In this document: one piece after another, positions 47,834 through 57,781 of the stretch
Numbering within the stretch: position 1 is the stretch's first letter
Layout of the letters: every line of letters starts with the position of its first letter
Source of the DNA: Candidatus Zixiibacteriota bacterium
Lineage (GTDB): Bacteria > Zixibacteria > MSB-5A5 > UBA10806 > 4484-95
Direction: 5' to 3'
Assembly: GCA_037441845.1 (NCBI GenBank)
Contig: JBBIRK010000005.1
Location: 32,001 to 96,000 of the forward strand
DNA length: 64,000 bases
The notes under the pieces: generated by a model
Told to the model about the DNA's origin: nothing
The model's input: only the letters and a program-made list of their open reading frames with translations
Databases searched by the model: none
Program-made: the position numbers and the translations under genes

Positions 47834-48475
47834 ATGGAAACCACGAAAAACAAGAAACCCGGCTTAGCCATAGTAATATCATCGCCGTCGGGGACCGGCA
47901 AAACCACGATCTGCCGTCGGCTGGTGCGAATACACCGAGATTATCAATTTTCGATTTCGGCCACGACAAGACCCCCACGGGGAAAGGAACGACACGGACA
48001 CGACTATTATTTTTATTCCAGGGACGATTTCTTGCGCGCCAAAAAAGCCGGCCTTTTGTTCGAAACGACGAGTTACCTGGGCAATTACTATGGCACTCCG
48101 AAAGAGCCGCTCCTCAAGGCGATTTCGCAGGGACGGGTGATGCTATTGGATATCGATATTCCGGGGGGAATTGCTGTAAAAAAGCAGTTGCCCGATGCCG
48201 TAACCATTTTTCTGGTTCCGCCCGATATGCGGGAGCTCGGTCGAAGGTTGATCAAGAGACGAACCGAAACTACTGCGGCTTTGAATGCAAGGTTAAAGAT
48301 GGCGGTCAGCGAATTAAAAAGGTGGAACCATTACGATTATGTCGTAGTAAATGATGACTTGAAAACGGCCGTCAGACAGGTCGAAACGATTATCGAGGCG
48401 GAAAGGCTGAAAACCAAGCGAAAAAACGACAGGCGTTACTGGGACAGAAAATTAGCATCGATGTTAGGTTTGTAG
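47834..48475 (+). CDS. gmk: Guanylate kinase
   Basis: SSPSGTGKTT, SATTRPPR, DYYF, YYGT, VVVNDD. Confidence 0.96.
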   Translation: METTKNKKPGLAIVISSPSGTGKTTICRRLVRIHRDYQFSISATTRPPRGKERHGHDYYFYSRDDFLRAKKAGLLFETTSYLGNYYGTPKEPLLKAISQGRVMLLDIDIPGGIAVKKQLPDAVTIFLVPPDMRELGRRLIKRRTETTAALNARLKMAVSELKRWNHYDYVVVNDDLKTAVRQVETIIEAERLKTKRKNDRRYWDRKLASMLGL

Positions 48476-48512
48476 AAATCAAGCCGATAGATTGCTTTAG
48501 TCGAGGTTTTTT

Positions 48513-48767
48513 ATGGAACACGGAATCACCGAGAAATTGCGGGGAATAACGTCAAGCAAATACGAGGCGATAATCGTCGCCGCCAAAAAGGCAAGACTTA
48601 TCAATCTGGAAAGGTTGGCCAAAGAGGAACAGCTCGGCCCTGATGCACCGTCAACGAAGCATCTGCCGAAGGTGACAACGGAAGCCTTGAAGAAATTGGC
48701 TTCGGGCGAACTAAAATATAAGTATATCGAAGAAACTCTGGCCGACGAGGGATTTTTCCCTCAATAA
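48513..48767 (+). CDS. rpoZ: RNA polymerase omega subunit
   Basis: SKYEAIIVAAKKAR...KVTTEAL; follows gmk. Confidence 0.85.
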   Translation: MEHGITEKLRGITSSKYEAIIVAAKKARLINLERLAKEEQLGPDAPSTKHLPKVTTEALKKLASGELKYKYIEETLADEGFFPQ

Positions 48768-48794
48768 CGTCTTCTTTTCGAACGGGATTACATC

Positions 48795-51014
48795 GTGAAA
48801 CTTCTGGTGGTCGAATCACCGACCAAGACCAAAACTTTGCGCAAATTCCTCGGGCGCGGTTTTCATCTCGCCTCGACCGGGGGTCATGTTATCGATCTGC
48901 CCAAATCCAAGCTCGGGATCGATATCAAGAGAAATTTCGCCCCCCAATACGTTACGCTCGAGGGTAAAGAAAAAGTCTTGGCCGAATTGAAAAAACTCTC
49001 GAAAAAAGCAGCTGCGATCTATCTGGCGCCCGATCCCGACCGTGAAGGCGAAGCGATCGCTTATCATGTCGCCAATGCGATCGGAAAAGTCCCTGGTAAA
49101 ATCAAGCGGGTTACTTTCAACGAAATCACCAAGAAAGCGGTACTCGATGGCATAAAGGCGGCTGGCTCCATCGATCTCGACAAAGTCTATGCCCAGCAGG
49201 CGCGTCGAATTCTCGATCGCTTGGTCGGCTACCAGGTTTCGCCGCTGCTTTGGAAATCGCTGACTATGGGGCTGTCGGCCGGTCGCGTCCAATCGGTGGC
49301 TCTGCGCTTGATTTGCGAGCGCGAAGAGGAAATCGAGAAATTCGTATCCAAGGAATTCTGGAAAATAGATGCTCGATTCGTCACCAAGAAAGGCGAAACG
49401 GTAAAAGCTCGCCTGATCAAAATCGACGGCGAAAATTTCGAAATCGGCAACGAGACGGAAGCCGCGGCCGTCTGCGAGAAAATACAAGCCGAGAATTTTG
49501 AAGTTTCTCTGGTGAAGACCGGCAATGCCAAACGGCAGTCGCCGCCGCCTTTTATCACCAGCAGCCTGCAGCAGGAAGCGTTCCAGAAACTCGGTTTCAA
49601 CAATCGCAAATGTATGATGATCGCGCAACAACTGTACGAGGGTGTCGAGCTCGGCGCGGAGGGACAGGTCGGCCTCATAACTTACATGCGCACGGATTCG
49701 TTCCGAATATCCGAAGACGCGCGTAAAGAAGCCCGTTCGTTCATTGCCGCAAATTACGGCAAAGAATTCGTCGCCGCGGAAACCAAAAAATACAAAACCC
49801 GCAAAGGCGCCCAGGATGCGCACGAGGCGATTCGGCCGACCTCGGTGGACCTTACTCCGGAAAAAATCAAACATTACTTGTCGAAAGATCAACTAAAGCT
49901 CTATCAGCTTATATGGGCCAGATTTTTGGCGTCGCAAATGGCCGATGCCAGATTGAAGACGACCACGATCGACATTCAAGGCGGCGCTTTTCTTTTCAGA
50001 GCCTCTCATCAGGAGCTCGTTTTCGAGGGATTTCTTAAAGTATATGAAGGATACGGCCGGGAAAACAACGATAGCGGTGCACTTCCAAATCTGGTCAAGG
50101 GCGATCCTCTAAAACTCGAAAATCTCGATAAGCAACAGCAGTTCACTCAGCCGCCGCCGCGTTTCAATGCCGGCAGCCTGGTAAAGGAACTCGAGGAGAA
50201 AGGGATCGGCAGACCATCCACATATGCCCAAATCGTGACGACTCTACTTACGAGGAAATATATCGAACAAAGCGAGCGCAGATTCATGCCGACCGATTTG
50301 GGCCGGGCCGTCAACAAGATTCTGATCGAACATTTTCCGGACATATTCAATGTGGATTTCACCGCCGAGATGGAAAGCGAGCTCGACAGCATAGAAGAAG
50401 GAAAGGCGGAATGGGTCGAGGTCCTCAAGTCATTCTACGAAACTTTCGAGGAAGATGTAAAAAAAGTCGCGGGTAAAATCAGCGATATCAAGAAGAATAT
50501 GATGGAAAAAACGAACGAGGTCTGCGATAAATGCGGATCGCCGATGGTGATCAAGTACGGCCGCAACGGCAGATTCCTCGCCTGCAGCAAATACCCCGAA
50601 TGTAAAAACACGCGCCCGCTCGAAAACGATGTGGAAAAAACCGATAAAATCTGCCCTAATTGCGGTTCGCCGATGGTTATCCGCCGCGGCCGGTTCGGTC
50701 GATTCATAGCCTGTATTAAATATCCCGAATGCAAAACCACGGCCAGCGTTTCCACCGGAGTCAAATGCCCCGAAAAAAACTGCGACGGTGAAATCGTCGA
50801 GCGCTCTTCGCGCAAAGGAAGGCTCTTCTATTCCTGCTCGCGCTATCCCAAATGCAAATTTTCCAGTTGGGCGAAACCGATTCCGAAAACCTGCCCCGCC
50901 TGCGGGAATTCATACCTCGTGGAACGCACGACCGCACGGGGTTCGTATATTTCCTGCCCGGTTTGCAAAAACCGAGTGTCCGAACCGGAAAAAGAGACGG
51001 TGGCGAACAGGTAA
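48795..51014 (+). CDS. topA: DNA topoisomerase I (type IA) with C-terminal zinc-ribbon repeats
   Basis: VVESPTK, DPDREGE, SAGRVQ, ITYMRTD (catalytic Tyr), GIGRPSTY; Cys-rich C-terminal repeats. Confidence 0.97.
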   Translation: MKLLVVESPTKTKTLRKFLGRGFHLASTGGHVIDLPKSKLGIDIKRNFAPQYVTLEGKEKVLAELKKLSKKAAAIYLAPDPDREGEAIAYHVANAIGKVPGKIKRVTFNEITKKAVLDGIKAAGSIDLDKVYAQQARRILDRLVGYQVSPLLWKSLTMGLSAGRVQSVALRLICEREEEIEKFVSKEFWKIDARFVTKKGETVKARLIKIDGENFEIGNETEAAAVCEKIQAENFEVSLVKTGNAKRQSPPPFITSSLQQEAFQKLGFNNRKCMMIAQQLYEGVELGAEGQVGLITYMRTDSFRISEDARKEARSFIAANYGKEFVAAETKKYKTRKGAQDAHEAIRPTSVDLTPEKIKHYLSKDQLKLYQLIWARFLASQMADARLKTTTIDIQGGAFLFRASHQELVFEGFLKVYEGYGRENNDSGALPNLVKGDPLKLENLDKQQQFTQPPPRFNAGSLVKELEEKGIGRPSTYAQIVTTLLTRKYIEQSERRFMPTDLGRAVNKILIEHFPDIFNVDFTAEMESELDSIEEGKAEWVEVLKSFYETFEEDVKKVAGKISDIKKNMMEKTNEVCDKCGSPMVIKYGRNGRFLACSKYPECKNTRPLENDVEKTDKICPNCGSPMVIRRGRFGRFIACIKYPECKTTASVSTGVKCPEKNCDGEIVERSSRKGRLFYSCSRYPKCKFSSWAKPIPKTCPACGNSYLVERTTARGSYISCPVCKNRVSEPEKETVANR

Positions 51015-51052
51015 TTCTCCGCGCTTGATTCCAATTTAATAAAGAAAATAAT

Positions 51053-51085
51053 AAACGCCCCAGCGGAATTCCGCCGGGGCGTTTT
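51053..51085. terminator. Bidirectional terminator between topA and sdhB
   Basis: AAACGCCCCAGCGG-AATT-CCGCCGGGGCGTTTT between convergent genes. Confidence 0.75.
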
Positions 51086-51102
51086 CTATGGATCTCCTTA
51101 TT

Positions 51103-51822
51103 TTATCTATCGAGAAATTTCAAGAAAGGCATTTTTTCCACGAGAATTTTGATTTTCAATTTGCTGATCGCGCCGGTCGGATCCAGATCGCGCGGACAAA
51201 CTTTCTGACAGTTGAACACGGTATGACATCGAAAGACCCCGATGTCTTTGGCCACAATCGCCAATCGCTCCGAGGCAGCCCCGTCCCGGGAATCCTCAAC
51301 GAATCGCAGCGCCTTGAGCAGGGCGTGAGGCCCTATATAATTCGGGTCACCGCTGGCCACCGGACAAGATCCATAACAAGCCGCACAGAGAATGCAATCG
51401 ACGTGGGGATCGAGTTTTTTCCGCTGTTCCGGCGTTTGAAGATTCTCCTTTTCCGGAGGTTTTTCTTTGGGAATCAAATATGGTTTTATCAGCCGGTAGT
51501 TTGCCCAGAATTGGGTCATGTCCACCACCAAATCCCGGATAACGGGCATATGTGCTAGAGGTCTTACCACTATCGGTTCTTTGAGTGCGCTCACCTGGGT
51601 CTTGCAGGCAAGGCGATACTGGCCGTTGATATGCATGGCGCACGATCCGCAAACCGCCTCGCGGCAACTGCAGCGAAAGGCCAGCGATGGATCCAACTCC
51701 TCGAGAATATAGAAAAGTCCCTCGAGCACCGTCATCCCCTTGACATCCGGTACGGCATAAGTATCGAACCTCGGCGCCGTGCCCACATCGGGATCATATC
51801 TGAAAACGGAGAATTGCGGCAT
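51103..51822 (-). CDS. sdhB: Succinate dehydrogenase/fumarate reductase iron-sulfur subunit
   Basis: SCREAVCGSC, CILCAACYGSCP, CHTVFNCQKVCP. Confidence 0.95.
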   Translation of the reverse strand: MPQFSVFRYDPDVGTAPRFDTYAVPDVKGMTVLEGLFYILEELDPSLAFRCSCREAVCGSCAMHINGQYRLACKTQVSALKEPIVVRPLAHMPVIRDLVVDMTQFWANYRLIKPYLIPKEKPPEKENLQTPEQRKKLDPHVDCILCAACYGSCPVASGDPNYIGPHALLKALRFVEDSRDGAASERLAIVAKDIGVFRCHTVFNCQKVCPRDLDPTGAISKLKIKILVEKMPFLKFLDR

Positions 51823-51823
51823 C

Positions 51824-53530
51824 TTAATATTTCCTTTCCTCGGGTTGATACTTCGTGATTTGGACCTCGGAATAAGAAAGCTTCGGACCCTCAGGCGACC
51901 AACTGGCCAGCGTGTGTTTCAGCCAATTGGAGTCATCGCGGGTTTTGAAATCGGTTCGATAATGCGATCCGCGCGATTCGGTTCTGGCCAACGCCCCCAA
52001 GCAAACGACCTCGGCGACATCCAGGTTGCCGGCAAGTTCCATGACCCAGACCCGGTCCATGTTAAATCGACGAATTTCCTTGATCGCCCTGAGTTTTTTG
52101 AATCGAGCTTTCAGTTCGCGTATTTTCGCCAAGCCCGTTTTCAATGATTCACCGTCACGGAATATTCCCGCGTAACGCGGCATCAAATCGTTCAGCTCCT
52201 TTTTGATATGATACGGGTTCTCATCGCCGCGGGAGGTGAAATAATCTGCTTGCCAAGCGTTGAACCGTTCCAGCCCTTTTTTCATGGCATTTTCGTCAGG
52301 CTTATGCGGTAGACTCTTGACGTAAAGCGCGGCTGCTTTTCCCGAACGTCTGCCGAAAACTATCGTGTCCAGCAGCGAATTGCCTCCAAGTCTATTGGCG
52401 CCATGGACCGAAACGGCGCAGCATTCGCCGGCCGCATAAAACCCCTTCGTCTTGGATTCACCGTCTATATTGACGTCAATCCCGCCCATGGTGTAATGCA
52501 TCGATGGGTTCACCGGAATCGGGGAATCTATGGGATCGATCCCAACGAAATCAAGGCAGTGTTCTCTGATCCCGGGCAAGCGCTCCATGATCTTGGCTTT
52601 GCCGAGGTGGCGGAGATCAAGATAGACATACGGCTTGCCGTCGATTCCCCGTCCCTCGTTTATTTCGGTTTGGATCGCCCTTGCCACAATATCACGCGGC
52701 GCAAGCTCCATGAATTTTTCCGATACGTAGCGTTTCATGAATCGTTCGCCGTCTTTATTTATCAGGTAGCCGCCTTCCCCCCGGCAACCTTCGGTCATTA
52801 AAATATTGGAACCATACAATCCGGTCGGATGGAACTGAATGAATTCCATGTCTTTCAAAGGAACCCCCGCCCAATAGGGTATCGCCATTCCGAGAGCGGT
52901 CGAAGCGTGAGCGTTGGTTGTGTTTCCGTACATTCTGCCCGCTCCGCCGGTGGCGAAAATGACCGCATTGGCAGCGATCGGCTCTATTTCCCCTGAGCTC
53001 AAATTGAGCGCCACCACTCCCTTGCACAACTTATCATCTCCGATAATAAGCTGTAATACCATCCACTCCTCATAGAATTTGGTGCCGACGGCTATCGTTC
53101 TTTCATAAAGGGTATGCAATAAATACTGCCCGGTTCGATCGGCACCGTAACAAGTGCGCGGATAACCAGCGCCTCCGAACGGCCGCTGCGCGATCTTGCC
53201 GTTCTCGAGCCTCGAAAACGGACAGCCCCAATGTTCCATCTCATAAATCACACCCGGAGCGTCATTGGTCATGGCTATTACGGCGTCTTGGTCGGCAAGG
53301 AAATCCGAGCCCTTTATGGTGTCGTAGGCGTGTCTTTCGGGCGTATCGTCGGCCGAATCAGGATGATTGGCCAACGCCGCGTTAATCCCACCCTGGGCTG
53401 CGCCCGAGTGCGATCTTATCGGATGCAGTTTCGATACGACAGCGACATCGGCCCCCATAGTGCCGGCTTCCACCGCCGCCCTCAAACCCGCCAGACCCCC
53501 CCCTATTATTACGATATCGTGAAACAGCAT
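51824..53530 (-). CDS. sdhA: Succinate dehydrogenase/fumarate reductase flavoprotein subunit
   Basis: [16 protein letters not shown] (FAD His), [22 protein letters not shown]. Confidence 0.96.
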   Translation of the reverse strand: MLFHDIVIIGGGLAGLRAAVEAGTMGADVAVVSKLHPIRSHSGAAQGGINAALANHPDSADDTPERHAYDTIKGSDFLADQDAVIAMTNDAPGVIYEMEHWGCPFSRLENGKIAQRPFGGAGYPRTCYGADRTGQYLLHTLYERTIAVGTKFYEEWMVLQLIIGDDKLCKGVVALNLSSGEIEPIAANAVIFATGGAGRMYGNTTNAHASTALGMAIPYWAGVPLKDMEFIQFHPTGLYGSNILMTEGCRGEGGYLINKDGERFMKRYVSEKFMELAPRDIVARAIQTEINEGRGIDGKPYVYLDLRHLGKAKIMERLPGIREHCLDFVGIDPIDSPIPVNPSMHYTMGGIDVNIDGESKTKGFYAAGECCAVSVHGANRLGGNSLLDTIVFGRRSGKAAALYVKSLPHKPDENAMKKGLERFNAWQADYFTSRGDENPYHIKKELNDLMPRYAGIFRDGESLKTGLAKIRELKARFKKLRAIKEIRRFNMDRVWVMELAGNLDVAEVVCLGALARTESRGSHYRTDFKTRDDSNWLKHTLASWSPEGPKLSYSEVQITKYQPEERKY

Positions 53531-53540
53531 TCTGCCTCCA

Positions 53541-53936
53541 TCAATTATGCGAACCTAGCCTGGGTACAATCAAGGCTGCGGCAAACAACGTGAACAGCGC
53601 AAACAAGCATGCCCCGGCCACGATAAAACTCTTGTGCTTGCGGGTCAAACCGAAAAGGTCCACGATGCTGATGGCCAAACCATTGAACATATGGTAGAAA
53701 ATCATTCCTATAAGGCCGATCTCAAGTAGATGAAAAAGTGGCGTTTGAACTGCCGCAAGGCGCCTATCAAACGCCTCCGGACCTGAATTCGCCGATCCGA
53801 GCACCCACATATGCAGGACCAGATAAAACAATAAACCGAGCCCGGTCAATCTATGCAACAGCCAGGCCCACGACCCGGTGTATTGATTAAGTTTCACATC
53901 TTCAGGCGTCGCTTTGAAAATTTTCAGAATCTTCAT
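53541..53936 (-). CDS. sdhC: Succinate dehydrogenase cytochrome b subunit (SdhC-like)
   Basis: [12 protein letters not shown]...LH...HMFNG; ATG 53936 after GGAGG, overlapping the sdhD stop. Confidence 0.85.
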   Translation of the reverse strand: MKILKIFKATPEDVKLNQYTGSWAWLLHRLTGLGLLFYLVLHMWVLGSANSGPEAFDRRLAAVQTPLFHLLEIGLIGMIFYHMFNGLAISIVDLFGLTRKHKSFIVAGACLFALFTLFAAALIVPRLGSHN

Positions 53937-54307
53937 TGGCGGCCTCCGTAAAACACCATTAAGGTCGACAGTGACCAGGCAGCCACGGTTATTCCGAAAA
54001 TCCAAATGACGGTCAGCCAAATTACCCGCGCTTTGGCTTCCGGACGAAAATCCATCACGATTCCCCAAAATCCGTTAAGACCATGAAACAACGCCGAAAG
54101 GATAAACAAGAAGTAAAAGATCCCCCAGCCGATACTCGCCTGCAGCCGCTTGATGACGAAAGAGAAATCGATCAATCCTTGTTCGGCAAAGTTGAAATCA
54201 AGATGAAGCACTTTGACATGTGTAAATAAAAATACGGCCAATAGCACGCCGGTTATCCTCTGCAGAAACCAAAATAGGGCACTGCGAGAGGAAATTGCAG
54301 CATTCAT
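53933..54307 (-). CDS. sdhD: Succinate dehydrogenase hydrophobic anchor subunit (SdhD-like)
   Basis: WFLQRITG...TH...HGLNG...DF; three TM; SD GGAGG. Confidence 0.8.
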   Translation of the reverse strand: MNAAISSRSALFWFLQRITGVLLAVFLFTHVKVLHLDFNFAEQGLIDFSFVIKRLQASIGWGIFYFLFILSALFHGLNGFWGIVMDFRPEAKARVIWLTVIWIFGITVAAWSLSTLMVFYGGRQ

Positions 54308-54460
54308 ACTATTCCTCCCTGCGTAAGCGATCCAGTAATTCGTTAATCTTGAATTTCATTATCGCCTCGGAGAAAATCGCCACCCTTAAAAGGCAATGGA
54401 GTCGATAAATCGAGCGAATCGTTACTCCCAATGCTAACTCCTCGGACACGCTGAGAACAA

Positions 54461-54478
54461 TTATGATAATTTTCACAA
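54461..54478. promoter_or_regulatory. Rex-like (or CRP/FNR-family) operator upstream of the sdh operon
   Basis: TTATGAT-AATT-TTCACAA, 12/14 match to TTGTGAA-N4-TTCACAA, next to a minus-strand TTGACT. Confidence 0.5.
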
Positions 54479-54816
54479 TAGTCAAATGATTTTTAGGGAA
54501 AACATCATAGCCGCAATAATCTATGTGCAATGCCTCGATCTTGGCGGTCAACGCGGATTAGCCATGAAAGTTGAACCTCTATTGGCCAGAATTGGCGGAT
54601 AACCATTTGAATATGGGGGAATTCCCATACTCATATTCAGGAAAATTCGATATTAAGCATCGGGCTATGTTGAAACGATACGAAAACTTGCGCCGACGCA
54701 AATCACTCAAAAGCTTCGATTGTATCATTTTGAAACAGAAGCGCACGATATTTTCCCGAATGCAGGTCTTACGTTAATCCAATGATAATTATCGAGATAT
54801 AAGATCCAGGCGGTTT

Positions 54817-54832
54817 CGGCTTCGGGTTTGCT
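54817..54832 (+). promoter_or_regulatory. Sigma-54 (-24/-12) promoter of the minor-pilin cassette
   Basis: CGGCTTCGGGTTTGCT: GG-N10-GC with TTGCT, about 40 nt before the ATG. Confidence 0.55.
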
Positions 54833-54870
54833 AATAAGGGTATTGAAATCGAAATCGGAGATGATGGCGG

Positions 54871-55419
54871 ATGTCAATAACAAAAATAACAAAATCAAAA
54901 AGAAACCTCGGCTTCACGTTGCTTGAGCTTTTGATCGCGGCCATGCTGACGATAATCATCTCCTCGGCGGCGTTGACTTTCCTTGCCCGCAGCAATCAGC
55001 AATACCTTTCGCAAGAGGAGATTTCCGAAATGCAGCAATCGCTGAGGGCCAGCATTCAGGAGGTCGTAAAGCAGTTGCGTATGGCGGGATTCGGGTTGGC
55101 CGATACGGTACCACCGATTGTAATCGACTCAGTGGCGGGAGAATCGGACACGCTTACGGTTTATCGTGACACTTTTGCGATAAAATTCTATCTGGATACG
55201 ACCACCGACAGCCTGCATCCCAGTCTGATAAAAGAGATCAATGCCGTGCCTTCGACTTACGCCACCGATATTTCCCAATTCGAAGCGAGCTGGATTCCTC
55301 CTAAGTCAATCAGGATTACCATCTCCGCCAAGACATCGAAGGCGGATTATGATATCGGCGGCGGTAATGCCCTTGTTAGAACGGAATCGCAAGTCGTCAG
55401 TTTGAGGAACGTCCAGTGA
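54871..55419 (+). CDS. Type IV minor pilin, PilW-like
   Basis: Prepilin cleavage site G|FTLLELLIA with E5; LRMAGFG. Confidence 0.82.
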   Translation: MSITKITKSKRNLGFTLLELLIAAMLTIIISSAALTFLARSNQQYLSQEEISEMQQSLRASIQEVVKQLRMAGFGLADTVPPIVIDSVAGESDTLTVYRDTFAIKFYLDTTTDSLHPSLIKEINAVPSTYATDISQFEASWIPPKSIRITISAKTSKADYDIGGGNALVRTESQVVSLRNVQ

Positions 55420-55820
55420 GGCAAGCCATGATTAAAATTAGATTCAACAGACATGGCGTCAGTTTGGTGGAAGTTATGGCGGCTATGTTGGTGCTGGCGA
55501 TCGGCATTCTCGGCATCGCGCCGCTCATGGTGGTAACTATCAACGCCAATTCGTTCTCGCGGGAATTGACCGTGGCCAATACTCTGGCCGCCGATAAAAT
55601 AGAGTCGTTGAGGGCCATCGGTGGTTTCGCGCCGCTGCCTTTCACCCAATACGAAAATAATATTAACAATAAATACAGCCGGTACACCCGCGTTGACGCC
55701 TACGAATCGGATATCACGGTTCCGACCGGCGTTTATCGCGTTCACGTGACTATCAGCTGGTCCGACCAAAGCGGCATTCCGCGGGCGACCGAATATTGGA
55801 CGTTTCTTTCGCGGAATTAG
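55416..55820 (+). CDS. Type IV minor pilin, PilV-like
   Basis: G|VSLVEVMAAMLVLAIGILG; LAADKIESLR; VTISW. Confidence 0.82.
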   Translation: MRQAMIKIRFNRHGVSLVEVMAAMLVLAIGILGIAPLMVVTINANSFSRELTVANTLAADKIESLRAIGGFAPLPFTQYENNINNKYSRYTRVDAYESDITVPTGVYRVHVTISWSDQSGIPRATEYWTFLSRN

Positions 55821-55833
55821 ATCGGGGGTCAGA

Positions 55834-57768
55834 ATGAAATACATGAAGACAAACGAACGCGGCATGGCGATGGCGGTGGTGATTCCGATCTTGCTGTTGA
55901 TATCGTTTCTCGGAATCGTGGCCATAATGAATTCCAACACCTATATCGACATCGCCGGTAGTGTTAAGCGAAATTCGCAAGCCTTTTACGTCGCCGAGGC
56001 CGGATTGGAACGGGCGATCAACGAATACGTTTGGGGCAATTTTTTCGATGAAAACGTATCGCCGATGATCAGCCCTTTCAGCTGGTTGGAAAGCCTTGAC
56101 GATTCATTGTTCTACCACAATGTGGCATTGGGCAACGACGGCTATTACAGCGCCCGGGTAACCAATGTCAGCAATCCCGGGCCGAGATCGCCTTATATCG
56201 ACTGCCGCGACGTTACTATCGAGGCGGTCGGCAGGGCAAACGGCGGCACCGAAGAGGTCACTCTCGAAGCCACCATGAGGTTCGGCGTACTGCCGTCCGG
56301 CGTGTTCGACTATGCCTATTTTATAAACCATTTCGGCTGGTGGGCGGGATTCCCGTCGAACGGCGCTGTCGCCAACGGCAATGTTCGCGCAAACGGTCAT
56401 TTCGATTTGCTTTCCGGATATTTCCGGGGAAACGGAAATCCTCGATTTAATCCGGTCAACGGCCAGGTGCTTGACCAAGGCGGGGTTTACGCCGGAGGCT
56501 ATGTGTATCCCACCAACGGATCCGGCTATCAGGGAATGGCGGCAGACAGCGCCAATAGACATAGCTATGGAGGAATCGATAAAAGCAAAGATGACCCGGC
56601 GCGAATCGAAATGCCGAATCTCAACGATCCGGCGGACCTCGATAACGACGGAATAGTCGATGAACTCAATCCCTACTATATCGGGCTGGCCAATGGAAAT
56701 TTCGGCGCCGACCAGGGAAAAGTCGGTATCGACGACAACGGCAACGGCGTGCTCGATGAATCCGAGATATTAGTCAGGGGAACATACGGAGATGACGCCG
56801 GGGAACTGGGCAATCTTGCGCTGATCGGCACCGACACCAAGCCTATAATAATCGAGGGCACCGTGGCCATCACTCAGAATTTGGCGATTAAAGGCACGAT
56901 TAAAGGACAAGGATCGTTTTATGTCGGTCGGAATACATATATAGGCGACCAAATTAAATATGCGAATCCACCCACCGCCAAGCCTATTTTCAATTATGGG
57001 ACGGAAACGCCGGAGCAATATCTGGCTCGCCTTAATACCTGGAGAGAAAATAACCGTACTCGAGATATGGTCGCTTTCATGACGGTTAATAATATCGTGG
57101 CCGGCAACCATACCCAGTCATCGTGGCGCAACTATATCACCAATGGCGGAGGCTGGCTCGTCGATTATCGCAACAACGGAAAGGAAGATGTCGGCGTCGA
57201 TGGTGTTTTCGGTCGCCTCGATGATAAGTTGAATCCCTATCAGGCCTCTTACAAAGAAAATGACGGTTATTTTACGGTGGTTATCGCCGATGCCAACGGA
57301 CATCAGCGCCTCGAGGACTTGCCGATAGTCGGTGGTGAGGCTCAGGTCCCCGCCGGCTATCATATCGTGCCGGGCACCGGCGAAGATCTCGACGGAGACG
57401 GCAAGTACACCGGCATTTACAGCTATTCCACAGATATAAATTTCAATACAGCCTTCAATTCGACCAATTTTTACAATTTGCCGTCGACAATCACGAATTA
57501 CTCCGGTTTTTCGTCATTCTCGACATCCAGAATGGATGGCGTATTTTATACGAACCATTCGATCTGCGGCTGGTTTACCGATTACTGCATCTTCAACGGC
57601 GCGGTAATCGCCCGCAATGAGGCGATTATTCTCACCGGCGGTCATGTAACGTTGAACCATGACGACCGATTGACTTCGAATTACCACGATCTTAACAATC
57701 AGCATATTTATCTACCGCTGGTCAAGAGTTTCTCAACCATAAGTTGGGCGGATAAATCGGTGCGTTGA
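55834..57768 (+). CDS. Large PilX-like minor pilin with extended C-terminal domain
   Basis: ERG|MAMAVVI lacking E5; QAFYVAEAGLERA PilX-N motif; Gly/Asn-rich C-terminus with DxDxDG-type loops. Confidence 0.8.
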   Translation: MKYMKTNERGMAMAVVIPILLLISFLGIVAIMNSNTYIDIAGSVKRNSQAFYVAEAGLERAINEYVWGNFFDENVSPMISPFSWLESLDDSLFYHNVALGNDGYYSARVTNVSNPGPRSPYIDCRDVTIEAVGRANGGTEEVTLEATMRFGVLPSGVFDYAYFINHFGWWAGFPSNGAVANGNVRANGHFDLLSGYFRGNGNPRFNPVNGQVLDQGGVYAGGYVYPTNGSGYQGMAADSANRHSYGGIDKSKDDPARIEMPNLNDPADLDNDGIVDELNPYYIGLANGNFGADQGKVGIDDNGNGVLDESEILVRGTYGDDAGELGNLALIGTDTKPIIIEGTVAITQNLAIKGTIKGQGSFYVGRNTYIGDQIKYANPPTAKPIFNYGTETPEQYLARLNTWRENNRTRDMVAFMTVNNIVAGNHTQSSWRNYITNGGGWLVDYRNNGKEDVGVDGVFGRLDDKLNPYQASYKENDGYFTVVIADANGHQRLEDLPIVGGEAQVPAGYHIVPGTGEDLDGDGKYTGIYSYSTDINFNTAFNSTNFYNLPSTITNYSGFSSFSTSRMDGVFYTNHSICGWFTDYCIFNGAVIARNEAIILTGGHVTLNHDDRLTSNYHDLNNQHIYLPLVKSFSTISWADKSVR

Positions 57769-57781
57769 TGAGGAGGATGCG

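Noticed and set aside
48816..49892. 358-aa minus-strand ORF
   Set aside because: Antisense shadow of topA
54309..54777. Short ORFs 54309-54551 and 54571-54777
   Set aside because: They lie in a divergent regulatory region, lack a convincing SD and overlap operator or promoter motifs
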